From contig SMSO01000014.1 of the NCBI GenBank assembly GCA_004764695.1, positions 2,537,648 through 2,601,647 on the forward strand: a stretch of DNA of 64,000 bases, read 5' to 3'. A program made the position numbers and the translations under genes. Origin of the DNA: Schizochytrium sp. TIO01 (Eukaryota; Protista; Bigyra: Labyrinthulomycetes). Under the pieces are notes generated by a model that saw only the letters and a list, made by a program, of their open reading frames with translations, made no database searches and was not told the origin of the DNA. This document shows positions 31,843 through 43,744 of this stretch, in pieces (position 1 is the first letter of the stretch; each line of letters starts with the position of its first letter).

Positions 31843-34800
31843 ATGGGCGGCCCCTCAGATTCCCGCGAGTACGCTCGGGAAGGTGGAGCTACCACCGGCC
31901 GCGGCTTGCACGCGCTCATTGGCGCGCTCGGGAAGACCTCCGAAGGCCTAGACAAGAACCTCTCGAGCTCAGCTGCAACGAATAGCGGAGGCAACGTTAC
32001 GAATCAGACATACGGAAGTAACAGTGGTTACTCTGGCAGCAGTGGAGCCTCTGGCAGCGCTATGAACAGCATTGCCAGCAGCTTGAAGAATGTTAATATT
32101 GCTACAAAGAACAGCAATAACAACAATAACAATAGTAATCTCAACAACTTCAGCAATAGTAAGGACGACTTCAACAATAACAGCAACTTTGGCAATATCA
32201 GCAGCAGTGGAAACTCTGGAGTCAATCAAAAGCAGAAATCACAGCACGAAGCCAATATTGGGCTTTTGAGGAGAAGTACTGCGAGAGAAGTCATTCAAGG
32301 ACATGAGCATAACGAAAGAACTTCGTCAACATGTAGCCCAAACCATGATGAAGCAAGCGATGAGGACGAAGGCAATGTGGATGACTATGCATCTGACGAA
32401 GAGAATTTAGAAGATGACGAAAATGTAAATAATAGCCCAGCAGTGGCCAAAACGCATGGGGTGGCCCAGACATCTGCAGGTAAAGACCTCGCATCTGCAA
32501 GCAGAAACCCGGCAAGGTTCAACAAAAGGAGAGACACCAGCGACGGACTCGAAGCAGATCTAGCGCGAGAATTAGTCACTGCTGTGTCGGCTGGAGATCG
32601 GGTTACAATAGGCGAATTGCTGGAGCGGGGAGTCCCAGCTGACGCATGTATGTCACCTAGCAAGTCTGCATGGAGCCTTCTCCATGTGGCATGTACAGAA
32701 GGTCGTGGTGACCCCGAAATTGTAAAACTTCTACTGGAGTTCGGCGCGGACGCCAACGCAACAACGACTGAAGGACTTGCCCCTTTGCACTTTTGCGCTA
32801 TGGAGAGCCATTTTGAATGCGCCAAAGTGCTGCTAGACTTTGGAGCAGACCCCAATAAGCTTGATAGTGAAGGTCTTAACCCTTTGCTACGAGCTTGTAT
32901 GGCACGACAAGTGCAACCAGAACTTGCAGAGCTTTTGATTCAGCGCGGAACAAATGTGGAATACGCTGATCCAGAGGGCTGGACGGCATTGCACATGGCC
33001 GCACGCTACAGCTTAGATCGCATCGCTGGACTTATTTTGTCATCAGGAGCATCTGTTGATTGCGCCATCCCTTCAAACAAATGGACGCCTTTAATGCTCT
33101 GTTGTACGGAAGGGGCCGGGTCTCGAAGCATTTTGGAGATGCTGATTAAGGCTGGCGCAAACGTGGAGAACCGCTCCGCAGTGGACATCACTGCACTGCA
33201 CATTGCTTGCTATAATAACTACCCCGAGCTTGTGGGTCTGTTGCTCGATGCCGGGGCTGATACTTCTGTTTGCGATAAGCATGGAAGATCTGTGCTGCAC
33301 AAGGCATGTCTTGCGACGCAACCCAGCTTGGCTTCAGCTCGACTCCTTGTAGAACGTGGTGTTAACGTACGTGCACGTGATAATCAGGGTCAAACGCCTT
33401 TGCACTATGCAGCCGCCGCAGGCTCTGAACCATTTTGCAAGATGCTTCTTATGCGAGACTCATCTCGAGGAAGAAGCCGTGAGGTTTTGGTTGATATGGA
33501 GGATGCAGATGGACGAACAGCACTTCTTACGGTATGTTCGGCACGCGTTGATGCACCAAGCGTGGTTCGCCTTTTGCTTTCATACGGTGCAGAACCAGGC
33601 CATATGGATAACGCCAAATGCTCTGCCCTGAACCTTGCAGTCGAAGCAGGCAACGTTGGTGCAGCGCAAATGCTATTGGAGCAGGCACCTTGCGATGTAA
33701 ACCACCCAGATGAGGAGTGTCGCACTCCTCTTCACATGGCTTTCGCCGGTTTAAAGAACTTTGATCCTGCGATGGTGTCACTCTTACTTGACCATGATGC
33801 AGATCCTGATCGCCAGGACGATGCTGGTAACACCTGTTTGCACTACTGCGCACAGGCAGACTTATATGAAGCTGCCCAACTCTTCATTGACTCTGCCTCG
33901 CCTGCTATCGATCTACTTGACGACGTTGGAAGGACCCCTTTTCTTACAGCATGTGCCGCCGGATCTCTCAAAACCGCACAACTCCTCTTGAAAGCTGATT
34001 CCTCAGCATTGACAAATGTAGATATTGAGGGGCATTCCGCACTTCGTCTGGCTGCGCTTGGTGCGCATGCCAAGGTGGTGGCATTCCTTTTACAACAATT
34101 TCGACGTGGGGCTCCTGTCTTTAAGGATACTGTACAAACACTTGTGGATGCGTGCTCCTTGGAGAGCCCAAGCATTGCCTTACAACTCCTCGATGCAGGT
34201 GCTCCTTCGTTAGGGTCTCTTGACGGAACTCAACGATGCAGTCCGCTGTTGGCCTCGATTCGCTCTGGTCATCATATCTTAGTGCAAAGACTTCGCATGA
34301 CTTCAACTCCTCAGCAGACGAACCTTTCCCAGAACTGCCCTAAGGGCCATTCTCTTCAACCCTTTGCAGGCGACGACACATATACGTGTGACTTCTGTTG
34401 TGTAACTGCTAGCGATGACTTGCGCTCCACCTTTCGCTCTTGCAGGACTTGTAAAGTAGCTTTTGATGTTTGCGGAGACTGCCGAGCGAGTGCTGGAGCA
34501 AACGACATTGATCCCATTAAATTTGCTAGGCGCATCAAAGCGTCAGGTGAAATTATTGATACCCTTCTGTCTGTTCGTAGTTCTCGTACAGAAGTCCCTC
34601 CACCCCCGACGTCTGCACCCCCGGCTACTTCCTCTACCCCGAGCTCTACCTCTGTTTCGTCAGCTTCCCCAGCCTCACAAGTTCGCCAGACTCACCAAGT
34701 AGAAAATCAAGAGCCTGAAGCTCCTTCGGGCCATACTAAGAAGAGGGCTAGCATTCTTAGTCGCCTGACTTGTAACGTGATTTCCCGCCCGGGTAGCCGT

Positions 34801-34959
34801 TCCTCGAGAGACCATTCTGGAGAGGATGGTGCTCCCCGTCGAAGCTTATCTTCGATTGCACGTCAGCAAGAACAGCAATTTCAGCAAAGTGGAAATAGTG
34901 CAGCTAGTGGTTCTGCGGGGGCTAAGAGCGATCGCCGTCGTCGCCTCCCATTTTTTTGA
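31843..34959 (+). CDS. Multi-ankyrin-repeat protein with N-rich N-terminus and C-terminal ZZ-like Zn finger
   Basis: More than a dozen ankyrin repeats (e.g. GLAPLHFCA..LLDFGADPN, GQTPLHYAA, GNTCLHYCA); CPKGH..CDFC..CRTC..DVCGDC. Confidence 0.92.
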   Translation: MGGPSDSREYAREGGATTGRGLHALIGALGKTSEGLDKNLSSSAATNSGGNVTNQTYGSNSGYSGSSGASGSAMNSIASSLKNVNIATKNSNNNNNNSNLNNFSNSKDDFNNNSNFGNISSSGNSGVNQKQKSQHEANIGLLRRSTAREVIQGHEHNERTSSTCSPNHDEASDEDEGNVDDYASDEENLEDDENVNNSPAVAKTHGVAQTSAGKDLASASRNPARFNKRRDTSDGLEADLARELVTAVSAGDRVTIGELLERGVPADACMSPSKSAWSLLHVACTEGRGDPEIVKLLLEFGADANATTTEGLAPLHFCAMESHFECAKVLLDFGADPNKLDSEGLNPLLRACMARQVQPELAELLIQRGTNVEYADPEGWTALHMAARYSLDRIAGLILSSGASVDCAIPSNKWTPLMLCCTEGAGSRSILEMLIKAGANVENRSAVDITALHIACYNNYPELVGLLLDAGADTSVCDKHGRSVLHKACLATQPSLASARLLVERGVNVRARDNQGQTPLHYAAAAGSEPFCKMLLMRDSSRGRSREVLVDMEDADGRTALLTVCSARVDAPSVVRLLLSYGAEPGHMDNAKCSALNLAVEAGNVGAAQMLLEQAPCDVNHPDEECRTPLHMAFAGLKNFDPAMVSLLLDHDADPDRQDDAGNTCLHYCAQADLYEAAQLFIDSASPAIDLLDDVGRTPFLTACAAGSLKTAQLLLKADSSALTNVDIEGHSALRLAALGAHAKVVAFLLQQFRRGAPVFKDTVQTLVDACSLESPSIALQLLDAGAPSLGSLDGTQRCSPLLASIRSGHHILVQRLRMTSTPQQTNLSQNCPKGHSLQPFAGDDTYTCDFCCVTASDDLRSTFRSCRTCKVAFDVCGDCRASAGANDIDPIKFARRIKASGEIIDTLLSVRSSRTEVPPPPTSAPPATSSTPSSTSVSSASPASQVRQTHQVENQEPEAPSGHTKKRASILSRLTCNVISRPGSRSSRDHSGEDGAPRRSLSSIARQQEQQFQQSGNSAASGSAGAKSDRRRRLPFF

Positions 34960-35570
34960 GCTATTCAATTAGACTTTCTGTGATGTATCATTGCCCGCAT
35001 GCTTGGCCACCAACCTTCTTTTATTTCTGCCCGCTATATTTTGAACATTGTGATTATCTTATTTTCTCATCAACCAGGAGTGTACATCTTGTTTTCCTGT
35101 TCGCATAAACTTTGCCTATAGTTTTGTGATCAAGGTTCTTTCTTACGAATAAACAAAAATTAGATCCATTCCCATCTTTTTTGTTTCCAAATCCTAGACC
35201 ACTTGCATAATTACTTCGTTTGAGTAGCTTTGAAGTTGTGAAGGATGCACAAAACGAGTCTCTAACTCGCCAAGACTATTGCACCATTAATCTTTCCTTC
35301 AGTTTCCTTGAATGAACAATCAATTAAAACCAATGGCAACTACAGGAACACCTCTTGCAAATACTGAAACATGGTCACCACCGCACTTTTGCTTTTGAAT
35401 GGTTATTTCATCTTTGGTTGATAAACCTTTGTATGTAGCAGGAATCAGATTAAAAATCACAAAAGTGAACAAATACGTACTAGACATTTATGATATGAAT
35501 TTAAACGATCTGGCTTGACCAAATCAGAAATAAATTTCTAAGCTAAGGTCTACACAGTTTGGTCAACTCC

Positions 35571-37577
35571 TTACCATTCTGTTACATGGTAATCTTTGAG
35601 AAACACGGAATGCACGCGTTTTTCTGGGTCAAGCATTCCAGATACAACGGGATCAAGAACGCGAGCCGCGGCGTCAACCTCATCAATAGGGGTGTGGAAG
35701 TTGTTAGTCTGGACCACACGGGCAGCCTCTAAGGTTGGCAATTCAATGTTAATCCAACCAGTATCAACAGCAGTCATGAAGATACCAGCTTGTGCGTAAT
35801 CAGGTCCACTGGTCAAGGTTACCATATTGAGACTGCTCTTGGCAGCGTTGGTATGAGCGTGAAAGTGGGACTTCGCGCGGTTGAATTTGCCTTCCATTGC
35901 AGACACATTGACGATGTAGCAGCCATCATCCTTGCGGTTGGCAGCCTTATCAGCTTCACGAGTCTTCATCATTAGACCCTTCAGCTTACCAGCAAGAATC
36001 ATAGGAGCAACGGCGTTCACAGCAAGTACCTCAACAATCTCAGCAGTAGACACTTCAGATAGAGTCAAAACCCATGAGGTGCGCTTACGCAGGTCAATTT
36101 GTTGGCCATTCACATCAACCATGCCAGGAGGAAAGACCTCGTCGCTGTTTTCAATATCTTCAGCTGCAAGTGCATTTTGAGTCATATGAGCCGAAGAGAC
36201 AACCTTGGGCCTACTTTCTGTCTGCTTAGCAATTGCAGAACTCACGCCTTCTACGCCAGTGACGTCAGGTACACTATCCTTAAGGGCAGCATTGGAGTCC
36301 ATGGCGATTCCGTGCCATGGAGTTTGGTCAATGACTGACCGAGCTGCTTCAACTTGAGCAGGAACAAGACCCTCGGGAAGATCTTTCTCCTTAACATCAC
36401 CGCCATCCTGCAACTTCAGGAAGGCTTCCTCTGTAGGCAGCAAATGTTTATAGTATTGGGGTGGGCGACGGATCGTCTGGCATGCGTTGTTAATAATTAC
36501 ATCAAGACGATTTAGGCGTTGGCTTAGAGTAAGTGCAAAAGCCTCGACTGCCTTGATATCACGAAAATCAAGTCCCTCCAGTTTGAGTCGGTCCTTGAAA
36601 GTATCAAAGTCTTTCTCCTTGGCAAATCGGAGTGCAGCATCTGCTGTGAAGCGGGTTGTAACAATCACATGCGCACCCATGCGCAGGCACTTGAGGGCAA
36701 TCTGGTATCCAATTTTCACGCGCCCACCGGTAACCAAAACAACCTTGTCCTTCATATCACAAGTCTGGAAGCGCTTGTCCCAGTTGAGCTTCGCACAATC
36801 CGGGCAAAAACTGTCATAAAAATGATGAAGCTTGAAGAACCTGCGCTTGCAGCAGTAACAGGACCGCGGTCTGTGGAGTAGGTCCTCCTCCTCCTCGTCT
36901 CCAGTCTTTTCAAAACTTTCACCCTCCTTCGAATCACCAATGAGTCCATCAGCACGCAGAACTTGCACAGTAGTCTCCACACCGCCTGCAGTTCCATGGC
37001 TTGTGTTGACTCCGTCATCCACAGCGCCGTCAGGGATAGCCGCCATGGCGCTGTTGCTTGCGTTCTGAAGTGCTTGCAAATGAGCCATCCGCTGTGCGCG
37101 AAGTCTACGAGTTTCAAGAAGTCTTTTGTCATGAGCTTTCTGGCGCATCTCGCGCTGTTTACGTTCATCAAACTTAGTTTTGGGCTTGAACATGCTGCGA
37201 GCTTTCTGTTGAATAAAACCTCCGAGTGCAATTCGCACAGGTCGCATGTCTTGCCGCTCGTAAAGCTCTGGGTTGGCTTTGAGGGCCTCTCCTACGCGAA
37301 TTACGGCCTCGATGTCCTCTTGTGAAAATGGCAAAGGTTCAAGTTCCACCTCTTCGTTCTTGAGGGCGTCAAGTTTGTTTGCTTCGTCAGTGACGTTCTC
37401 AGGAGCGCTTTCGGTCCCCTTGCTGCCACCCATTTGCTCGTCGACAGCCATGCTGGCGTCCTCTGCGGCCGAAGGGGCCTCTGAATCCAAGGTGGTCGTG
37501 GCGGCTACCTTGGTCGCACGTTCTTGGCCCTCACTATCGCCGCCGCTTAACGTGTCTGCCTCCAGAGCGCGCTTCAT
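35571..37577 (-). CDS. Atypical SDR oxidoreductase with N-terminal CxxC...CxxC Zn-binding motif
   Basis: CYCCKRRF..LHHFYDSFCPDC; VLVTGGRVKIG; IINNACQT; VNVSAMEGKF; HAHTNAAKSSLNM; AVDTGWI. First ATG at 37577. Confidence 0.88.
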   Translation of the reverse strand: MKRALEADTLSGGDSEGQERATKVAATTTLDSEAPSAAEDASMAVDEQMGGSKGTESAPENVTDEANKLDALKNEEVELEPLPFSQEDIEAVIRVGEALKANPELYERQDMRPVRIALGGFIQQKARSMFKPKTKFDERKQREMRQKAHDKRLLETRRLRAQRMAHLQALQNASNSAMAAIPDGAVDDGVNTSHGTAGGVETTVQVLRADGLIGDSKEGESFEKTGDEEEEDLLHRPRSCYCCKRRFFKLHHFYDSFCPDCAKLNWDKRFQTCDMKDKVVLVTGGRVKIGYQIALKCLRMGAHVIVTTRFTADAALRFAKEKDFDTFKDRLKLEGLDFRDIKAVEAFALTLSQRLNRLDVIINNACQTIRRPPQYYKHLLPTEEAFLKLQDGGDVKEKDLPEGLVPAQVEAARSVIDQTPWHGIAMDSNAALKDSVPDVTGVEGVSSAIAKQTESRPKVVSSAHMTQNALAAEDIENSDEVFPPGMVDVNGQQIDLRKRTSWVLTLSEVSTAEIVEVLAVNAVAPMILAGKLKGLMMKTREADKAANRKDDGCYIVNVSAMEGKFNRAKSHFHAHTNAAKSSLNMVTLTSGPDYAQAGIFMTAVDTGWINIELPTLEAARVVQTNNFHTPIDEVDAAARVLDPVVSGMLDPEKRVHSVFLKDYHVTEW

Positions 37578-38183
37578 GCTCGCGATTGGAGTCTGCGCCA
37601 CCAACGATTGATCACTTCATTAGTTCCAAAAAAAGCACTGCTATGTACCTAGATAGATGATACTAACACCTAGGCTAGTATGGTTTTTAATTAATTATTT
37701 TTGTCAATTACATGTAGGTATAGGTATGAAACGATGCAATTCCACTGGGAAGCGAGACTTAAGACCTAGGAAGGTCAAGTATCACATGGAAACTGCAATA
37801 ATGCACTCCCGAAGAGGTAGAATTTAAAAAAGGAATGGAGAAAAAATCGACTTCGCTTGGTTTGGTTTCGGGACCTCCATATGTTTTTGGTGCATACATC
37901 CTACTCTACCAACTGCTTTTTTTAGTTTTTGATTTATATGAACGACATTTACAACAAGTCACGATACGGAATTTGCCTTGCCAATTTTTGTTGAAAGTGT
38001 ATTCGAATCAATACCTCCAAGAGCACGCAAGACAGCATTCCAAAATAGATCATATGGATGTGTAGGAGCAGGTATATATAATGTCGAGACGCGTGGGTTT
38101 GGGCATAAATGACAACTCAAGTGGAAACAAAGGAGGAGGAAGAATGAAGAGGGAAGTTAGCAAAAAGGGGTTTGTAAAATGCT

Positions 38184-40916
38184 CTATTGAATGCAATCCA
38201 TGACGAGTTCAGGCACGGTAGGGTCCTCAGACCGCACGGCGATCTTAAGATTAATGGAGCCGCCAGTTGGTGAAACGGCGAAGGCGGTGCGTGCAAGGAT
38301 CTTGGCACCGCCGATGAAGGTTCCGGACAAAAGCACATTGTGGGCATCTGCGTTGTGTGGAATTGAATCGGTGCCCTCGCAAGCACGAAGGCCAAGAAAG
38401 TCAATGACCGCGGTGATAGCATCCTTGAGGGTCTTGTACTGTGGCAGCTCAAACTTCTCCATGACCTCGTTGGTCTTACCAACCATCTCCCAAGATGACT
38501 TGAAGTTGTTGATCTGCACACGGGCAATGAAGTCCGTCGTCGAGAGTTCGAGATCTTCGACAGGGTAATCCTCTTCGGCACCCTCGTCATCAGGGTCGTA
38601 AGCCTCACCAGTCTTCGGATCGCACTCTTGGACCTTGAACTGCAGCTCCATAGTAAAAGTAGCCTGGTAGACACCCTCCGGGCGCGCCATCAAAACGTAC
38701 AAAGGCGCCGGTGAGTTGTACTTGAGGGTCTCAATCGGCTTAACCAAGAGCGGCTGCCAGGCATCGTTCTCCGGATCCTCCATGTTAACGGTGACATTTT
38801 TAAGAAGCTGGTCGTCGATTGTGTTGGTGACGTTGAATTGAAACACGATGTGCTCTGCGAAGACGTGCTTGACGCAGGTGACAAGATACTCGGTCTCGCT
38901 CTCGGTGAGGGGTTCCGGCCTCGAGGACTTGAAAAGAGCTCCAAGGTTGGCGAACTCGGGAACCTTGTAGAGTTCCTCGGCATAGTTCTCTTCGCGCGTC
39001 GGTACAGGCGTCGGCTCAGAGACAGCGCCAAGATCTCCAGCGCCGCTGTCAGCACCAGGTTCGTCGAGTCCACCAGTCATCTCGCTGTCCTCAGGTCTGC
39101 GGTAATCATTGTCTTCCACCACCGGGAGAGTATCGAACGAGATCGGACCATTTGCAGGGCGTTGCTTGTACAATTCTAGTGAGCGAATAAGTGCGTTCTC
39201 GCTCATAGGCAGCTGATCCACGAGCACTGTCTTTGCTGCTGTTTGACCTGCCTGCACGCGCTCTAGCACTGAGAGGCATACTGTGGCACGGTCGCGTACC
39301 TCGTCATCTTCATCTTGGAGGCTACTCTGGAGCAGGATAATAACACTCTCCGTCAGAGAGTCAACCTGACTGCCAAACTTGCCGAGAGCAGCGACCGCGG
39401 CTGCTCGCACGTGTGCATTTTCGAGGATGACTCTGTTGTAGATAAAGCGAATGAACTTTGCAGGGTGCGTTGTGGTCGGTCCCATCTCTCCAAGCACATG
39501 CAAAATTTGTGCACTGAGTGATGTGAATTCACAGTCTTCAATGAACTCACAGAGATGAAACAGGCCGGTCTCCTTGGACTGCGGAATCTTCTCGATGAGG
39601 AGGAGAACTGAATCGACGATGACTTTCTTGAACTCGAAGCCACCCTCCTCGCGGAGAATTGTACTGAGAAAGTTGAGCATAACACGCTGCTTGGTGGGGT
39701 ACTTCAGGCAGAGAGATCTAACGGCACGGACCACGACAATCTTGAATTCGTCACCGATGTCGGACATAAATCCTCCGATCTGCTTCATCAACTTCTCAAT
39801 GCTGCCTTCGGAGCCCGTCTTGAGCAGTGTGGTGATGGCCAGAGTTGCAATACTCTTGTTGGCGTCTCCAATGAGACCCTCCATGTCCTCGTTGCACCGT
39901 GTGACGACGTTGGGGTGCTTCATGGCGACCTCGTTCAAAGTTCGCACAGCTGCGAAGCGCAGCGAGGGTTTCGGGGAGCTCAGGAAGAGCTGTAGTACCG
40001 TGATTGCCGGCATGATGTCACGAGGAGCTGCCTCGGGAAGTCGGCACATTGCACGAGCTGCTTCGTAGATAACCATCTCGTGGCGGTGGTGCAGGCAGGA
40101 TTCGAGAAACTCATAGGCTGCGCGAGAGTTCGTGGCGCTCATATCCTCATGCAAGAGCTTGGACGTGTAACGCACAAGAAGGCACATGGCAAGCGGGGAG
40201 TTCAAGGAACCCTTGGAATACTGCTGCACGAGACGGCCGACCGCTAGCCGGTCGTGGGATTTGATGGTATACAACAGCGCCAGAGCTTGGTACTGTACCA
40301 TCTCCGAACGTGAGTTCACGCTTTCTTGCACCTCGCTAACCCAGCGCCGCACAACCTCACGTTTCTCCATATCAGCAGCCATTTGGTTGCCGCAGATGAG
40401 CGCGGAGGCAGAGACCAGAGGGTTCCGGTCTACGATGGCCTGCTTGATGTAGCGGTCGATCTGGCCGAGAATGGAGGCATCAATGATTTTGCAGAGAACT
40501 CGGATGGCGTTGGCGCGGTAGAGGTCCACATCAGAGTTCATGTCCTTGGTAAGACTTTGGATAACGATAATGACATTCTCAGGGTCAGTGGTCTCGGCAA
40601 CCTCCTTGATGAAGAGGTACGTCATACGACGGAGTGCCGTGTTCTGGCTCTGAAAAAGCTTGGTTACAGCGAAGAAGACCGTCTCGGCATCGCGTCCCTC
40701 GAAGCTCTCGCCCTGGGATAGCAAGAACAACAGCTTCGTGATGAGCAAGCAGCACTTGGATGGAGAAAGCTTTACCACATGGGGGTCATTAAAAGCAGCT
40801 CCGGCCTCCTGAAGGACTTGGGATTTTTCTACGCCTACAAAAGGCGAAGGCACAGTATCCTCATCCTCGGATTTTACCTTGTCCTTATCTTTGCCAATGC
40901 TGTTAACGTCGCTCAT
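38184..40916 (-). CDS. COPG: Coatomer subunit gamma
   Basis: VFFAVTKLFQS..LRRMTYL, IATLAITTLLKTG, EEGGFEFKK, LCEFIEDCEF, IRFIYNRVILEN, LTESETEY. Confidence 0.98.
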   Translation of the reverse strand: MSDVNSIGKDKDKVKSEDEDTVPSPFVGVEKSQVLQEAGAAFNDPHVVKLSPSKCCLLITKLLFLLSQGESFEGRDAETVFFAVTKLFQSQNTALRRMTYLFIKEVAETTDPENVIIVIQSLTKDMNSDVDLYRANAIRVLCKIIDASILGQIDRYIKQAIVDRNPLVSASALICGNQMAADMEKREVVRRWVSEVQESVNSRSEMVQYQALALLYTIKSHDRLAVGRLVQQYSKGSLNSPLAMCLLVRYTSKLLHEDMSATNSRAAYEFLESCLHHRHEMVIYEAARAMCRLPEAAPRDIMPAITVLQLFLSSPKPSLRFAAVRTLNEVAMKHPNVVTRCNEDMEGLIGDANKSIATLAITTLLKTGSEGSIEKLMKQIGGFMSDIGDEFKIVVVRAVRSLCLKYPTKQRVMLNFLSTILREEGGFEFKKVIVDSVLLLIEKIPQSKETGLFHLCEFIEDCEFTSLSAQILHVLGEMGPTTTHPAKFIRFIYNRVILENAHVRAAAVAALGKFGSQVDSLTESVIILLQSSLQDEDDEVRDRATVCLSVLERVQAGQTAAKTVLVDQLPMSENALIRSLELYKQRPANGPISFDTLPVVEDNDYRRPEDSEMTGGLDEPGADSGAGDLGAVSEPTPVPTREENYAEELYKVPEFANLGALFKSSRPEPLTESETEYLVTCVKHVFAEHIVFQFNVTNTIDDQLLKNVTVNMEDPENDAWQPLLVKPIETLKYNSPAPLYVLMARPEGVYQATFTMELQFKVQECDPKTGEAYDPDDEGAEEDYPVEDLELSTTDFIARVQINNFKSSWEMVGKTNEVMEKFELPQYKTLKDAITAVIDFLGLRACEGTDSIPHNADAHNVLLSGTFIGGAKILARTAFAVSPTGGSINLKIAVRSEDPTVPELVMDCIQ

Positions 40917-41689
40917 GGTCTCCTCGGGTATAGTTGACTAAAGGAAATGTATCTAAGTTCGCACGTTTGAATCAACGATCCTCCACGACAACGCCAGATG
41001 TACAAAGTCACGACAACAAGTATCGCTCAACGACGCAATTGAAATCCCTTTATGATCTTATTCGATCGAAGTCAAAGTCGCTGTTAAGGTTGCTTGCTGT
41101 TGCTCTTGCTGTTTGGCCGATCTAGTAGCTCCTGCCACGTCCTGCCTGCAAGGCTGGCAGAGGCAGACCAACCGCAGCCGATATCCGGGCAGATGGGAAG
41201 AGGACGTCGCAGGTCCTCAGCTGAGCACGATTCGCACCGAGCCCAGACCGGAATTGCTTCCCGGCGGTCTCGCGCGCGCAGTCGAAGGCCGCTTTGACCA
41301 CGTGTACGATATCGTTCACTCGAAACAACAACAACAACAAACGAAGTGAATGAATGAGTGAATGAATTGAATGAACAAGAGAGAAAGAAACCAACAAAAA
41401 CACCAAAAAGAAAGAGAAACCAAACAATCACACCAAGAATCGCAGAGGAAATACGCCACGAGAGCAATAACCTAAGCAAACCTACAAGAATTGCGTGAGG
41501 AAATTCAGGCACACGTCACGAACGGCACCAGCTCATTTGCAAGCTCAAGAAGCCCATGAGTCTGTCTGTCAAATTTGCTAAGTTCTCCTAAGAATTTGAC
41601 TGTATCTATCAATTATCCTCTTTTCTTTTAAGATTAACAAATTACCTACCTACCTCTTAATCTATTCTAATAACAAATCTAACTAGTTA

Positions 41690-41721
<32 letters not shown>
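41690..41721. repeat. (TTAG)n microsatellite
   Basis: Directly visible. Confidence 0.9.
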
Positions 41722-41722
<1 letters not shown>

Positions 41723-43744
41723 CATGCCTCATTCTATTACCCGCCTTGTCAATTACTGTTGTCATAATGCGGCAGCCTATTAAGTTCGTGGCTTGCCAAT
41801 GCGGAGGTTCCTTTTTGCAAAAGTCTATGCAACTGACGGCGGCTTTGGCCTTCAGGTTTGGCGTCGCAAGTGCTCCGTCAACGACAATCGTGAAGGTCTG
41901 AGGATCGATTGCCACATTGTAGAGCCACTAAGTACTATCAGTTTGTTTGAGTTAGGAGTGTATAGGCCCTATATAGCACTACTCATAGTAACAGAAGTGC
42001 CACGATGGCAACGGCGAAGATCGCCTCTACTCGTCGAATTCCAATAGGTCCCTTTTTAAAAATGTCCACGGATAGGTCACTTGATGATGTCACCTCAGTA
42101 GCGACTTTAGGAACAATCCAAGATACGACTCTGCTGGGTTTGATAAGGTTCCTAGGTAGCTGAGATAGGTACTTAAAGTAGTGTGAGTGATTGTTCACGC
42201 TGGCCAAAAGATTTTTACTCACTACCTCTACCTACCTGTGGAAACTAGGTCAAGAAGCTGGAGGTGGTGGTGTCGTGAGGGTTGGGTAGTTGTCAAGAAC
42301 TGCCAAGTAAGTGCCAAAAATACCCAAATGAGCATATAAGGTGTCTTGCGGACAATCAACCTGTGAGAACACATACATTGACTCTGCTACGAAAGTGCAT
42401 TTTAGTGAAGAATTGTACAACAGAGACACGTGACAATTTGGATACTTGGGTATAATTTGATGTCTCTACATGCTGCACCTAATAGAATCGAGTTTTCTTT
42501 TGACCTAACAAGCGCACACTGACAACCTCATTTTGAAGCCACCATGGGGCCTCAAAATATGGTTTGCTATATAAAAAACCCTCATAGGTCTAGATTTTAC
42601 AAAAGCAGATACTATTGTCTTAATGGTTATACTTCCGAGCTGGCATTAAAGCTCTGGTTTACATATCCGAGTTCTTTGCTAAGCTCAAACTTCTCCTGGC
42701 TTTTTCAAAGACGACACAATATGGGGAGAACGCGAGACTTTCGATTATACAAGACATCATATAATTATCTAATACGTCCTTATTTTGGGGATCATATCAA
42801 TAGGCAAGTATTGCCTGCAGAATTTAAATGATGAAAGCCCAACTCTACTATGAAAACATGTATTGCATAAATTATAAAGACATATTCTAAAGCTTTTCTT
42901 CAACCTTTGGTGTTTTATGTTGAGATGAACAACAGATATATACCTTCTACGATGATCTGATTCTGCCAACTGTTAGAAAGTCTTCCATAGATTTGTTTTA
43001 TAACATACTCTACTGCGATAATAAAAATTTGTACTATTTGCTACCCTTTCTAAACTGTATTGTTGTGACCGCTCTCGAAACCCATTCACCTCTACGCTCA
43101 TCGAGGGTCTTTTAAACAGGATCTCATGTTCCGTGGAATCCCCTTTATTTTGTCAAAAATGTTTCGTTGAAATAAAATTGAAAAAATCTAATTCAGGAGG
43201 GGAATACTAGTTTTGAATAGGCTCCTATTAATAATACCTATTCACCAATACTATGTCATAAATCCATTGTAGGAAGAAGCAACTCCTGGGCCTCGTTGAC
43301 TTTAGGCCCTTTTATTGATAGGCCGCTAAAGGAGGCCTCTCTAAGCGAGTGGTTCGCACCCAGAACTGCGTCGTGAACTCGCTTCGCGTGCGAGTAAACC
43401 GTGTCAAGTCTGATCGGCTTGTGCGGAAGCTAAGGTTCTGGAGCAGCTTGGAAAAGCCCAAAAGCTGCTACAGTTTCCCAAAGGGCTCGAGGCTACGTGG
43501 GCAGCCTCTTGCAACTCGCCAGGTGACTGGTTACGAGAGCATCTCGTTGGGTCGACTCACCTGTAGCTCTTGCTTAAGTCTTCGAAGCTCGGGTCTCGCT
43601 TGAAAAGAGCATAGCATCTGCTTAAACTGTTTCTTTGCAATCAAATTCATTGAGATTTTGAAGATTGGGTTTCTCGAAAGCTGTGATTTCTCCAAGTCTG
43701 AATTCCTGTGAAGAGCGGGAAATTATTCTAGCAAAGGAAGAAAC

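Noticed and set aside
41690-41721. (TTAG)n as an interstitial telomere
   Set aside because: Short 4-mer microsatellite; not a TTAGG/TTAGGG-type repeat.
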